From Vicugna vicugna (Eukaryota), in the NCBI GenBank assembly GCA_013265495.1, contig MU058252.1, forward strand, positions 2,328,244-2,392,243: a DNA stretch of 64,000 nucleotides. The letters run 5' to 3'. The position numbers and the translations under genes are program-made. The notes under the pieces were generated by a model. That model was given only the letters and a program-made list of their open reading frames with translations, searched no databases and was not told the origin of the DNA. Shown here piece after piece: positions 50,321-63,800 of this stretch. Position 1 is the first letter of the stretch, and each line of letters begins with the position of its first letter.

Positions 50321-51625
50321 TGTGATAGCTTTAATTTTTTGAAGCAATGATATTTAATTTCTTTTGAAATTTCAAATGTCATTAAAGAAGACATGCTATT
50401 TTTAGGGCGTGCATTTAAAATGCCTCCAAAACACCTCACCCCCTCCTCCTCACTGAGACCACGTGGTTCCGATGACTTTCCGAAGCTCCACGGCGGGACG
50501 TGCCCTGGGACACGATCAGGAAGTCAGTCATAACTCTGTGATGCCTGGGCATGCCCCGTTATCCCAGCCTCTGTGTGTGCGCACGTGGACATCCTATGGC
50601 TGTGAGGAAACAGAAGCCGGCCACAAGATGGAGGATTTAGCTAGAAAGAAAGAGGCATTGTGGAGTGAGTTTGGAAAGTGAGTTACAGAAGAAATGGTGC
50701 AGCTTCTTCTGCGGAATTCCAGTCGGCAGGAATGCCACGGGGCTGTCCAACGGCAGGTCAGTGGCCTGGTGGCTCTCCCTGTGTCCTACTGGCCTCCGGC
50801 CCCTCCCATGGCCAATGCCTGCAGCCTCTACACCCCCAGGGCAGCAGCACTGTATCAGTGGAACATCCGTTGTGCCTTTTGCAATAAGGCAACATTAATC
50901 CTGCTGTCAGCTCTGTCTAGAACCCTGCACGTCCCAGCTCAGCCGGCAGCTCCCCGACGCCCCTGGCCCAGGGCAGTGAGGAGTTCCAAGGGCTCCTGGA
51001 AAACCCAGCAGAGGCCTGCCAGGCAGCTTGGCTCTCTGCCCGGCCTTTGGAGCCTCGCCTGCCTCCTGGCTGCTGGATGGGGAATTGCAGTGAGATTCTT
51101 GCCTGCAAAGTTCTGTCTGCTGAAACATCTGGAGCTGGTCCTCCAGCACTGGGGCCACATGGTGGAGTGACTGATGACGGTGGCATCCAGGAGGGCTGAC
51201 CCGTTTGCAAGCAAACGGCGGGTCATCAACGCTCCAGCAATTCCCAGCTGCTCCTCCCCAAAGCCCCACAGAGAGCATTTCAGCCCCACGCGGAGCTGGG
51301 TTATAAGAAAAGCTTATTTAAGTCTTGATCATGCCTCAGGCATTTGGAAAGATATATAGGGGGAGCAGAAACAGGAAAGATTATAGAGAAATGGAAAACT
51401 GTTTCTTTTTTAGCTGCTGGGCCGGTTATCCCAAGTGTTATGGGGAAGAGAGGACAGACCGCGAGTCCCACTGAGCCAGTGATGTAGGGGACACCAGGGG
51501 AGGTGGCATTCCAGGTCCCTGAACTTCCAGGCAGGCAGATACCCCTGCTCTCCCCAAGAACAAGTTGGGGAGCTTTGATTTGTATTGTTACAATTATTAA
51601 CAAAAGAAAACTAGTAAACATTCGG

Positions 51626-52066
51626 GGACAAAATGCTGCCATTTACACCAACACGGATGGACCTGGAGAATGTCATTCTAAGTGAAGTAAGCCAGAAAGA
51701 GAAAGAAAAATGCCCTATGAGATCACTCATATGTGGAATCTAAAAAAAAAAAAAGAGAACACAAATGAACTTATTTACAAAACAGAGACAGACTCACATA
51801 CGTAGAAAACAAACTTATGGTTACCAGGATGGAAGGAGGCAGGGAGGGAAAAACTGGGAGTTCAGGATTTGAGATATTAACTGCTATATATAAAACAGAT
51901 GAACAGCGAGGTCCTACTGTACAGCGCTGGGAACTATATTCAGTGCCTTGCAATGGCCTATAATGAAAAAGAATATGGAAAAGAATATATATGTGTAACC
52001 GAGTCACTGTGCTGTGCGCCAGCAATTAACACAACACGCAAACCAACTAGACTTCAATACAACAAA
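51626..52066 (+). mobile_element. L1 3' end
   Basis: gccatttacaccaacacggatggacctggagaatgtcattctaagtgaagtaagccag...aactagacttcaata. Confidence 0.95.
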
Positions 52067-53032
52067 ACACAGCAGCATGCTGCATTGCGGGGTGGCGGAG
52101 CTCTGTTTGGGAGCTGATCTTTATGTGGCTCCGCGTTGTTTTTACAGGTGGCAGAGAACAAGTCAGCTTTGTAATTTTGGGAGAAGAATTTAATTTGAGG
52201 TATACTTTCATTGGGGTAATTAAATCTTGATATGTGTGGTTCTTTCTCTTTCTCAGGTAGAAGAAGATCTATTTTAGGCGTTCCCATTTTGGTTATTCTG
52301 AACGTTTTTACTTAATAACACACAGAGTTGCAAGACTTCAGGTCATACGTAGCTTTGCATATGTATGGAATAGCCTCATCTGAATTTTCTGAGCCAGAAG
52401 ACCAGAAGGGTTCGGGTAATGCCACCTCAGTGGTTTGCTCCGTCAGTCTCCCCGCCCGGCTTGTGTGGGAAAGCGTGGCGGAATTTAAAGCCAGTCGCCC
52501 TGCGCGGAGTCCCAGCTCCTCGCCCAGCTCCCGCTTCTACAAAGCCTGAGGGAGCCTGCAAACCTCCGAGAAGGGACGCTCTCCCAGTGGGGAGTGATTC
52601 TCTGATTGCCTTCTGCTTTGTGTTTGTTTTGCTTTGACAACCAGTCTTCGCTTTTCTCTTTTTCTAAGTAATGTACGCATGGAGTTGGCACAACTCTGTA
52701 GTTCCTCAAGGCTCATGTTGACTGAAAGAAGAGTTCTGCCCCCACCCGCCCTCACCCCAAGTCTTGTCCCCAAAGACTAACATTTTCAGTTCTTTTTGCT
52801 ATTTTTTCCTATCTACTTTACTGTTTCTCAGTAATGTACTTAAATTTCTTTTATTCATCTAGACACTATCTAGGACTCCTCTGTGCTGATAGATGAAGAT
52901 GAACCCTTCTGTATTACTTTACCCAATTTCGCCTTCCTCCACACTCCCATTTAGATATTTCATTATTGTGCTTAAACCATATGTGACGGTTGCTTTGTTG
53001 CTAAATAAGAGGTGTCATATTTCTATGTTTCC

Positions 53033-53249
53033 TTTTTTTAAAGTTTTTATTTATTTTTTATTGAAGTACAGTCAGCTACAATGTGTCAACCTCTGGTGTA
53101 CAGCACAATGTCCTAATGTTGCACATACATACATATATTTGTTTTCATATCTTTTTCCATTAAAGATTATTACAAGATATTGAGCATCGTTCCCTGTGCT
53201 CTACAAAAGAGACTTTTTTTACATCCATTTTTATATACAGTGGTTGACA
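53033..53249 (-). mobile_element. Young L1 3' terminal fragment
   Basis: attgaagtacagtcagctacaatgtgtcaac...; possible decayed TSD tatgtttcctttt / tacatctcctttt. Confidence 0.92.
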
Positions 53250-56200
53250 TACATCTCCTTTTTACATAACTCCCCTCCCCGCACGAGCGGTCTTCCGGCG
53301 GCTCGGCTCTCCTCCTGCAGACGAGCCCCCTGCAGCCTCCGTCCCCAGCTCCAGGCGGACCGGCGCCCTGTGAGCAGGAGGACAGCTCTGGCTGGGGATC
53401 ACCGGGCCGTCGCCTCTCTCCCGTGCCAGAAACAAAACCCAGAACGTTGACGTGGCCGGCTTTCATCCGTTCTGCCTTTTCAGATCAAATGAGTAAGATG
53501 ACTTAAAAGGCAATATTTGTGAAATACTGAGACCTACCCTCCCCCGAAAACTAATGGAATAAAATCTCTCCTCCTTTCTGTACTCAGTCTCCTTGACAAA
53601 CATGAACTTGGTCACAAAGAAGCCAGGGAGAGACGGTGCGCATCACAACCTCCTAAACAGCTCTACCTGATCTCAAGAACGGGTGAAGTCCACGAATAGT
53701 GGGCTCCCTGTACACACGGTTTGTGCTGATTGTCACAGTCCTGGCCTCGGTCGGTCGTATCGCGTGGTGGACGGCACATGGAGCGGTTCAGCGGCCCTGC
53801 GGTCCGGAGGTCTACGTAGCACAGAAGGACTTGAGCCCGGGTTCCTCACTCCGTGTTCAGTGTCCTTTACTCGGTCCTGAGCCACGAGTCAACTGACCAC
53901 CCGTGAATGATGTCACGCCCCTCAGAGACACATTAACTTCTTTGAGACTGTTCTGTGTTATTTGGTGCCTTATTTTGCTTGGAAAGGTAGTCTGTTTCTG
54001 CAACCCCTTCCCCATCTTAGACTCAGTGAAGAGTCATGGATTTTTCTCTGACAAACTGTCTTTAAAGGAGTGGAAGTTCCTACCTGGTCTGAGCTATGTG
54101 AGCTGTCATGGAAAGATCACTGTACCAGATGCCTTGGTTTATCTGGGGTATAAATAGTCAAGGTAGAACTTAGTAAAGGCCTCCTGGGCACTGCATCCAT
54201 CCCCTGGCTGGCCGTCACTGACGGACGGTGGTAGAGAATAGGGGTGCATTTACGGAGGCCGTTCCCCAGATCCAGTGGGCACCACACCTGGGTGTAGATC
54301 CAGGCACTGACATTTCTGACATGAATGAGTTAGACTCATTCCCAGGAGGGAGAGAGAGAGATGATTTGGAAAATAGCTTAAAGGTAGACAGTGAATTAAT
54401 CCTAAACCCACCTCTTTATCATCTTGGCAATGAAACGACTCTTCTAATGCAGTCCAGCCGAGGACTGGCTAATGCTTAGCCCGGCAAGTGGCGGCGGGGG
54501 AATGCCGAACGTGGGAGTCATCTGGCCTCAGGAAGTTCCTGTTCTTTTGCAAATGATCGTAAATAGTTAAGTGCCTGCAGTTCCCCAAATTAAAAAATTC
54601 CTTGCTCTAAAACCAGTGGAGGTCGGTCTGCTGGGGACCAGTCAAGAGTCATCTAAAAACGCCTCTGCTCCGCCTGCCCCACGTCTTTCAGTGGACCATT
54701 GTTCCCTGCTGATTCTTCTGTGTGGCCTTCTTGAGATCAGAGCTGCCATGATGATCCTTTAACTCTAGTTGTCCTTTCTGTCCAGGCCTTGGTGCCCTTG
54801 CTCTTTACGAAATATGCGACCTTCTTTTTCTAGAAGATGCCTTTGTTCCTGTGTGAGACCCTGGAACCCAGGGCACCCCCTTTCCCGGTCCCAGGCCGTC
54901 CTGGGTGCACGGTGATCTGTGAGTACCTGGGGGAGGAGACCAACTGGGGGTTTACTGAGTCTCCACGCCCGCCTTTCCTCCTCCGGCTCAGTTAGGAGCC
55001 AAGGATAAGTCACAGAGGATGTGTCCTCAGGAGGTGGAGCCTAGACCAGGTGCTAATGTCCCCAGCGCGGAGGGAGGCCACGCCACTGTGTCCCGCAGCA
55101 CAGCTTACCCAGGGGCGGCTGTGGCTCTGGTGTGGGCGCCTGCGCGGGGCCGGTCTTGGCCTCAGGGCCTTACGTCAACCAGCAGGGTTCCTTGGCCCCA
55201 CCTCCTTCACCTCCCTTCTGAAAGCAGATGAAATGATCTAACTGCCAGCAGCATGGTTTCCTGGGAACACCGAAGGGCATGTTTTTATTCACCAAAAAAC
55301 AGGGCATATTTGATGGCTCTTCTGGAACAAACGCTGCACAGCAAACGCAGAGCTGTCTTCCCTGAGTGGGAATCGGGCGCCATTGCAATCACCTGTGAGT
55401 GGGTCTGTGGTGACGGTGACGTGTGATTGTGAGCACAGGACGAGGCAGATGACACCTTGCCCCAGCCGAAGTCCCTGCCTTCTTGAGTTTCCTCTGAAAG
55501 AATTTTTTTTTTATTATTACAAGAGACATACTCTAAACATTCAGAGAAGACGAACAAAAGCAGTAGCTAAAGCCACATCCCTGCTGGGTTTATTCCGTTG
55601 CTTTAGTGTTGGGCGAAGATTACCGCTGCTATAAGAACACAATGTGCTTGTGGAGCAGGTGCGCCCAGCCCGCGAGCGCACCCCCGGCCCGGCCCTGAGG
55701 GTTTGGAGAGGGGCCCCTCCTCCCCTACAGGACACCGAGGAAGTGGAGGCTTAGAGGCTCCAGGCACACATTTTGCTCCTGGGAGAGGGAAATTAGGTGC
55801 AACATCTTTAGGCTTCAGACTTCTTTTTTTTTTTTTCAAGAGAGGGACATTTTACTTGATGCTCTAGGCCAAAGGCCAGAGCCAGAGTTGATGTAAACTT
55901 CCCAGAGAAGTCATCTGGTGTGGAAGTTGTCTGTCCTCTTGGTCCCCTCTGAAAAGCTCAGGAAGAGAGTGTTAGAGAGTATGGACTGGTCCATGTGAAG
56001 AAAGAGAACTGAGCAGATCCATTTAAAGCTCAGTTGAGTTAATCTGCTCAAGGGACAAAATAATCTGAAAACTGAAAGTGTACGATTTTCTCTCTAAACG
56101 TTTATCCTGAGCATTAGCAAACATACTCTGGTTTAAAACATATTCTAAAGAAGGTTTCATTTCATATTAACGAATTATAAAAAATATAATTTTTTCTCTA

Positions 56201-57672
56201 TCTCTTCAAAAAACACACAGAGGTTAACCTCAAAACTCAGAGCCAGTGTAGTCATGGCAAAGAAGGTGAGAGACCTGGGTGGGGGTTCGGTCTTGCTGGT
56301 GTAAAGTGAAGTTTTGCTCAAGATCTGAGATTCACCGGATCCAGTCCTCCATCTGCTTGTGGACTGTGGGTGACCTGGCGGTGGGAGACTCACCCAAAGA
56401 CGGGGTCCCGCCCTGCGGTTCTTATGGAATAAATGACCTATAATTCCATAGGGGTTTATTTCTGTATACACTTGAGGGTTACAAAGTGAGTTATTAGAGG
56501 CAATTGAACTCGTGAACACGCGGGCTAACGTGAGCGTGCCGCTGCTGCATGCAAGGGCTCGCCACCGCATCTCCCCCTGAGTGGGCTCCCGGGGCTGCCA
56601 GCCTTTTGAGTTGGTCATGGCTTTTTTGTTGCAGTTATTTTTGGTTTTAATCTTTGTTTCCTTTCAGTTTAAAATCACCCTTTCTTTCTTTGGCTTCACC
56701 AAATCATCCTCAACGATGTATTTGAGATACAGATCTGTTCCAAAAACTACTTTGCATCTCAAGTCTTCCCTAAACTACTTAGTTGGAATTTGTGTGCACT
56801 GTCCTTCAGATGTAAATCTTGAATGTTTCCTTTGGTAAAGCAGATGTATTCCTGCAATCTCCAAATGTGCTAGCACCGTGAGCCTTTCTGGTCTTAGTGA
56901 TTTTTTTTTTTTTTTGTCTGATGGGATTGGTTGCTAGGTTATTTGTCCTGTGAGAGCATCAGTGTCCGCTGTGGGCAGAGGGGTCACCGGAAGGGATCGT
57001 GGATTTCAAACAGCTCCATGGAGCTGCAGGAAGTGCAGGCGGGAGGCGCCTGGTCCACAGAAGTGCAGAGAGGAGGGCAGTGCGCTGGCTCCCTCCTGCT
57101 TTCGCCAGCGCTGGCTTCTCCCTCCTGCACCAGGGTCCACCTCTTGCCAGCTGTCCTCAGAGACAGGCGTCTCCCCTAGGCTTCAGCCTGGGGCTGGGAG
57201 GTGACCCTTACACCTGGACTTCCAGGTGGGAGGACTTCCTAGTGAGAGTAGCCCCAGGGTGCCTCATCACGTTCCCGATCCACCTGCCGGCCTGGCTCCC
57301 ACCTCTGAGCATCCTGTTCTGTCTGGCTGAACCAAACCCCTTCCCGGCACCCGTGGTCTGGTCTCTGTCACCACCCAGACTGACAGGCTGACCGATCCTG
57401 GACCATCCACGGAGTTCCCTTTCCGATGCAGGTTATAGGTACCTGGGTTTTCCTGACCGTCTTCTAATATAAGGCCTTTAAGAGTTTCTGTCTCTCCCTC
57501 CCCCTTTCTCTTTTCCTCCAGGAATTAAAACCCTGAACGTTTTATCTCACATCCATGACTTTTCTCTGCCAGGAAACTAACAAATCACCATGTAGCTCCC
57601 TCCGCAGCCCTGTTTACAGCATTGCCTTTGCGTCTGTCGCAGTCTGGCGCTTCGAACTGACCGTTACACTTG

Positions 57673-58180
57673 TTTCATGGCTTCACTGAGGTATAACTGG
57701 TGTGCCGTAAAACCCACCCTTTTAGAGAGAACAATTCAGTGGGTTTTAGTGTGTGCACAGGATTGTGCAACAGTCGCCTTAATCTAATTTTAGTGGAACT
57801 TCATCACCCACAAAACAACCCCTGTGTCCATTAGCAGTCATGTCTCATTCATCCCTGACCCAGCTTCCAGCAACTCTAATTTTTTTTTTTGGGTCTCTAT
57901 TTGCCTGTTCCGGTCATGTCATATCAGTGGAATTATGTAACATGTGCCCTGATGTAAATGGCCTCTTTCACTTAAGATGATGTTTTATAAAGATTTATCC
58001 ACGTTTAGCACGTATCAGAACTTCATTGTTCTTTATGGTGTGGACTTAACACTGCATCTTGTTTATCCATGCGTCATTTGGTGAATGTCTGTGTGATTCC
58101 TGTGTGTTACCTGTTATGAATAAGGCTGCCATGATCAGGCGTGGACAAGTCTTTACGAGGACATGACCATCACATTTTAT
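57673..58180 (-). mobile_element. L1MB-type 3' end
   Basis: gcttcactgaggtataac...acaattcagtgggttttagt...ttgtgcaac...ttcatcaccc...ccattagcagtca...ttgcctgttccgg. Confidence 0.8.
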
Positions 58181-58429
58181 AATGGGAGGTCCGGAGACCC
58201 AGAGTCAAGAAGTCTTGGCGAGAGAGTTAAGCACGTAGCTTACACTTACAGGAGTGTTCTCTCTACTAAAGAGGCTGTGAAACATCCTGTTTCTTCAGTG
58301 TCTTCTTTCTCCCTGTCCAATTCCTCCACTTATTTACTCAGCCGGTAAACAGTGGGCACTATTTTCCAGGCACTCTGCTGGGTCCCAGTGATCTTTGACT
58401 AAACTTTTGAAATTATTAAAGTAAATTGT

Positions 58430-58650
58430 TTGGGAGTTTGAGATTTGCAGATATTAGCCACTATATATAATAGATGAAAAGAAAACAAATTTCTTCTATA
58501 TAGCACAGGGAGCTGTATTTGGTAGCTTGTAAAAAACTTTAATGAAAAAGAATCTGAAAATGAATATATGTATGTATATTCATGATGGGGACACTGTGCT
58601 GTGCACCAGAGATCAACACATTGTAACTGACTATATTTCAGTTTTTTTAG
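58430..58650 (+). mobile_element. Young L1 3' terminal fragment with TSD
   Basis: TSD aaagtaaattgt 58418-58429 / aaagtatattgt 58651-58662. Confidence 0.93.
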
Positions 58651-58727
58651 AAAGTATATTGTGTTTGAAAATATTGGAGCCTCCTCCTCCAGGCATCAAA
58701 CACTCAATTAAAAAAAGCAGTTTCAAA

Positions 58728-58927
58728 GGGGGAGGGTACAGCTCAGTGGTAGAGCGAGTGCTTAGCACATACGAGGTTCTGGGTCCAACCCCACGTCCCT
58801 CCATTAAACAAACAGACAGACAGACAGACAAACCTAATTATTTCTGTTCCCCCCCAAATAAAATAAAAAATGGACTTTGATCCATACACCACATCAAAAA
58901 AAAAAAAGGAAAGAAAAGAAGTTTTTT
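58728..58927 (+). mobile_element. tRNA-derived SINE (Vic-1-like) with extra 3' segment inside the TSD
   Basis: gggggagggtacagctcagtggtagagcgagtgcttagc...; TSD aaaaagcagtttcaa 58712-58726 / aaaaagcaatttcaa 58928-58942. Confidence 0.9.
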
Positions 58928-60080
58928 AAAAAGCAATTTCAAGAGTTTTGGTTTTTCTCTAACCGATGCCTTTCCTCTAGGTTTTTTCTTTTTTCTTTTT
59001 CTTTTTTGGTCAGTTTATTTTTTTGTGTCTTAAAATTTCTCCTGCCCTTGGCGTCCCCAGAGCAATGTATTCTGAGATATTTTAAAGCTTTGTTTCCTAG
59101 CTGGGGTTTGGCCCCTTCTTCCCGCATTGACCGCAGTTTAAGCCCACAGCCGTGTTACACTCTTCCAGCTGGAGATTCCTTCGTTCTCGATTTTGGATTG
59201 TCGGCCGAGGAGCTCTCCTAAGCAGCAGCCCTGTGCTGGGGGCTGGGGGAAACGCAAAGCCGGGTGCGAATCACTGCATCGCAGCTCACATCCTCCCCGG
59301 GAGCTGCGTGTGCTTGGGGAGGGAGGCGGTGCGTGAGGTCCCCTTGGAGGGGCTGCCCCTGGATCTCATCATAGCGGGGTCAGCGGAGCAGGGGCGAAGG
59401 AGTGGAGTGGAAGTACGGGAGCTAGATGGGGCCATTCAGGCATCCTCGGGGGAAAGAGAAGCAGTTCCACGGGGCAGGTGGCCGGGAGTTCTGGTATCCG
59501 AGGAGTGGCCTGTAGCACCAGGCGTCGCCCGAAGCACTTTTGAGAGTGCAGCCCCAGGACCCCTTCCCTGACCTGCCGAGTCCACGGCCCCTGGGGTGGG
59601 TCACGGGATGTGTGTTTGTAAGAAGCGTCACGGGTTGCCAGGTTTGGTTGGGGGCGTTGTTTCTTGAGCGTGGGAATTGTTCAGGATTGTGAGTCTGAGG
59701 GGGAAGCGCCTACCATTTACAAAAGCCCTGGACACCCGTCCCCACCCGAGCCCCCAGCTCGACGTCAGAAGTGAGGCTCTGTGTGAGAAAGGAGAGTGCT
59801 TCGGCAGTGAGCAGCCGCCCCACATTGCACGCAGCCTCGCTGGCGGGGAAGAGCGTAAACCAGTTAGAGACACAAGGCTCTGCGTGGGGAGAGTCAAAGG
59901 ACAGGGGGACATTCAGTTCTGCAGGTGGCTGTAGGAAGGAGAGGGCTGTCTGGAGATCCAGCCGTCAGGAAGGCTTGGTGTGGGAGGCTGGCTCTGAGCT
60001 TGCTCTTAAAGGATCGCTCTCTGTAATGAAGATTCTGGGCACCATCCTCTTTCTTCTCCGTTTTCCTCTTCCATGTCCTG

Positions 60081-60200
60081 CTCATTCATTCATTCACTCA
60101 GCAAGTCAGCATCCATGGACCACTGCCTGTGTGCCAGGCCCTGGGCTCGGTCCCAGCGGTCCGTGATCCCTTCAGGGCTCCCACAGCCTGATGGGGGGGG
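60081..60200 (-). mobile_element. L2 3' end
   Basis: ctcattcattcattcactcagcaag...cactgcctgtgtgccaggccctgggct. Confidence 0.6.
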
Positions 60201-60742
60201 CAGGAATGGGTGTCCTGTTCCTTGTTTACTTGGCTGTCACAGACGTCACCACAAGGAGCTGTGTGTGCCTGAAGGAAGGGTCATCTGCCGGCTTCTCCAG
60301 GGAAGGTTTATATTTTCAGTGTGAATTTGAACAACGGGCGAAGGCTTTCCGGACCACCAGGGGCCTTGCCTTTCCGATTTTTCTCTTTATTCCCTTCTCC
60401 ACTGCATGCTCTGCTTTGAGGCTCGCTTCCTGGTCCCGTCTAGTTCTTTCCATTTGTCAGCTTGTATCCGTCCTGTATGTCTCTCCTCTTCTCTTCCGTG
60501 TTTGTCAGTGTAACTTGGAGTGGGACTAGCCAGGAATGATTTCAAAAGAACAGATGTAAGCATGGAGTGATCTGTGGGTTATTACACTTGGAGAGAGGGA
60601 AAACCGGAAGGCGCTCCGCGGACAAACATGTGACTCTGGCCCCTGTGAAGACAGTGAAGTGGTCTCCAGCGTCTTTCCTTCTCTGCCTCACTTCTTCCCC
60701 TGCCAAGAGCCAGTGACACCTGAGATTCTCTCTCATGAAGTA

Positions 60743-60858
60743 TTTTTTAGGGGGGAGATAATTAGGTTTATTTATTTACTAAATGGAGGTACTGACGGTT
60801 GAACCCAGGACCTCGTGCCTGCTAAGCACGTGCTCCAGCGCTGAGCTACAGCCTCCCC
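60743..60858 (-). mobile_element. tRNA-derived SINE (Vic-1-like)
   Basis: Reverse complement ggggaggctgtagctcagcgctggagcacgtgcttagcaggcacgaggtcctgggttcaaccgtcagtacctccattt. Confidence 0.88.
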
Positions 60859-62124
60859 TCTGGAGGTTCCATCTCAGACACCAGGAGCATCAGCAGGTTA
60901 TTTGGCCGTAGACTCTAACACATTGGCCTTACGGGGAAGAACACTGGGGTCCTGGAAGAATTATAGTCCCTTGGAGGTTCTAGGATTTTTCTCAGGATTC
61001 ACTCCCACAGGATCAGCTGGGCAGCGCACACATGCAGGTGCAAACACGTGAAAAATGTTTTCTCCTTTCAAGTCCCCAGTTTGCATTACATAAAATAAAT
61101 GTTTCTTTATTTCCCAACTGAAGGTAATTACTCACCCATCTGTCTTTGAAGGCAGCCTTGCCTGTTCCTACACTCATCAGCAAGGGTCTGTTATCTGTTC
61201 AGAGTCCAGCCCTATTCTGGTTGTTTGGGGCATGGAAGCAAAGAGGGAGGTATTTTCCACCCAAGAGTGAAGAGGTAAATTGCAAGCCTGTGTGTGCCAT
61301 GTGCACATTTTTGTGGGGGTCATCTCTCCAGCGCACCCCTGTGTCTGTCCACACGGTGGGCGTGGTCTTCGGTAAAACCACGGACTAGGAGACCACCCTT
61401 TGCCCACAGCTGGTACTGGCGTCCGCCCTGCCTTCACCTCGGGTGGTGAGCAACCAGAAGCCACCACTGTCCTTCTGAGGGTCAGGAATGGCATGCAAGG
61501 CGTTGAGGGGAGAGCGAGCAGATGAATAAAAAGTAAGCACCGTAAAGCAAATCACCCCCAGACTTCAGAGCCTAGTGCGTGGCGCTTTCTAGGGAGCCCC
61601 GCAAATTAGTACCAAGCTCCCACGGGAAGGCCGGGGCTGCAGATGCCCGGTGAGTTCTGAGCAAAGCTCCGTTCAGGCTGTTTTCAGCTGATGTTTCCAT
61701 TTCTCAGCAAGGGCTTACTTGCTGAGGTCATGCATTTTGCCTAAGGCAAGTGATCACTTGGAAATGCTTTCATATTTTAAGCCACATCTTGAGATTTGAG
61801 GCGCTAAACTCTTTGCATAAGCATTTTGCAGCTTCCGAAAGTAACTGTGGTCCAGAGAGGTCTCACCGGCTGCTGGCGCCTGGTGCCTCTGCGGACAGCC
61901 TTTTTACTGGGGGGAGGTCCTGGTAAACGCAGACCCTTTCTGGGGCTGTGCCCCGAGGAGCACTTGGTAGCTGTGTTCAAGGGGCATTTGAGCTCCACAC
62001 TCAGGCCCTACAGCATTAGCTCTGTGCTGACTTAGCAAGAATCCAGATTTTTGTCCATTCGGTGCCTCGTCACGTTTCTTGGCGCCCCTCGTGTGTAAAC
62101 TGCTCAGCGCACAGCGCTTCCTTT

Positions 62125-62230
62125 TCTCTCTACAAAATGCCCACGAGGCAGTTATTATTAGCCCTGTTTGTCAGGAGAGTAAACTGAGGCTCAGGTGGGA
62201 TGAGCTGTGCGCTGGAAGCCGGAGAGCCCG
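62125..62230 (-). mobile_element. MIR fragment
   Basis: gaggcagttattattagccctgtttgtcaggagagtaaactgaggctcag. Confidence 0.65.
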
Positions 62231-63068
62231 CAACGCGGAGCGCAGGCTTCGTGCCGCTGCCGCCTTGCCTTTCCGAAGCTGCCGGCCTCGGGGCTGGAGG
62301 CGCAGGGTCTGCTTGGAGCGGCTGCTGCTGCGGTTCGCGGGGCAGGCTGGCCCGTCTCACACCTGTCAGGCGGCTCTCCTCTCGATGCCTGCCTTCTGTT
62401 TCTGGGCCCCCGTCCAAGCTCATTTGGAACCTTTATCCGTGAGCGAATCTGTTTCTTCCTATTAGATTCAACTGAGACAGAGGCAGACACTGGAGACAGA
62501 TGGATGGCTGCGGATAACACCAGGGAAGGCAGCCTCCGAGGAGGGGTCAGAGTCACTGCAGTGAAAACTTTCGCTCTCCCTGGAGGTTGTGGAGTCAACA
62601 GAAAATCAGCCCAGGGTCCCGAGACTCCAGGACTGACAGCCCAGACAGAGGGGAGGCGGGAGCAGCCCAGGAGGCCCTGTTATCTCTGCTCCAGGTGGAG
62701 ACCCAGGATCGATAAAATAAATGAGCTGTTTCATCCAGGCCAGCCTTTCTGATCCAGGGACCCAGAGACAGACACATAAACACGTTTGAGCAATTACTGC
62801 AGTAAAACCTGCTGGTCGACCCTCCGTGGCAAATGCGGGCAGTAGAGAGCACGCTGCGTGTAGTTGCAGGCCATCCTTCCCCGCCTTCCTCCGAGGAAGG
62901 GCCGTGTGCACTGTGATCCGACCTTCAAAACAAAGGCAGAGGCAGTGACTGGAACCAAGGCTGGCGTGTCACCAGCAAACGGTGGTCTCCAGGCAAGGCT
63001 GTGCCTTCGTCGGCCAACAGAGATGCCGACGCGGGCCTGCGTGCAGGCCGTGAGAGTCCATAGTCTCT

Positions 63069-63504
63069 CTTTTTTTTTATCGAAGTGTAGCTGATTGACA
63101 GTGTTGTGTTAGCGTCTGGTGTACGCACAGGGATTCAGTGTTGAATGTGTATTCTTTCTCGTGATAGGTTATTCCAAGACATCGAACGTAGCTCCCTGTG
63201 CTCTGCAGCAGGTCCTTGTTATTCATCTCTCTTATACATAGTAGTGTGTATTTGCAAATTCCAAACTCACAGTTTATCCCTCCCCCCTTTCCCCTTTGGT
63301 AGCCATAAGCTTGTTTTCTGTGTGAGTCGTCTCTGTTTTGCGAATAAGTTCATTTGTGTCTTTTTTCAGATTCCACGTGTAAGTGACCCTCTATGGTGTT
63401 TGTCTTTCTCTTTCTGGTTCACTCAGTGTGATCATCTCTAGGTCCAACTGTGTTGATGCAAATGGCATGATTTCATTCTTTTTTTTTTTTTTATGGCTGC
63501 GTTT
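63069..63504 (-). mobile_element. L1 3' end with TSD
   Basis: TSD agagtccatagtctct 63053-63068 / agagtcagtagtctct 63505-63520. Confidence 0.95.
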
Positions 63505-63629
63505 AGAGTCAGTAGTCTCTTAATCATTGAATCTGACTTTTCGCCTGTCCCCCCGACACCAGGACTGGTCAGATGTTAGGGGTTCATGATGACAGGGAGA
63601 GGGACGTGAGTGTATTTCTCTAATAATAC

Positions 63630-63800
63630 AGACAGTAATGGTGGGAAGCCTCACTGAGCCCACACCACGGACCAGGAACCACCAAGCACTCTCTACACAT
63701 TAGCTATTAAAACCTCACCCCTACCCAATGATGTCAGCATTACTGTCCCCATGTTTAGGTGAGGAAATTAACATTTAGATGCGGGAGTGGAGGGGTGTTT
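63630..63800 (-). mobile_element. MIR fragment
   Basis: ccaagcactctctacacattagct...cattactgtccccatgtttaggtgaggaaatt. Confidence 0.6.
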
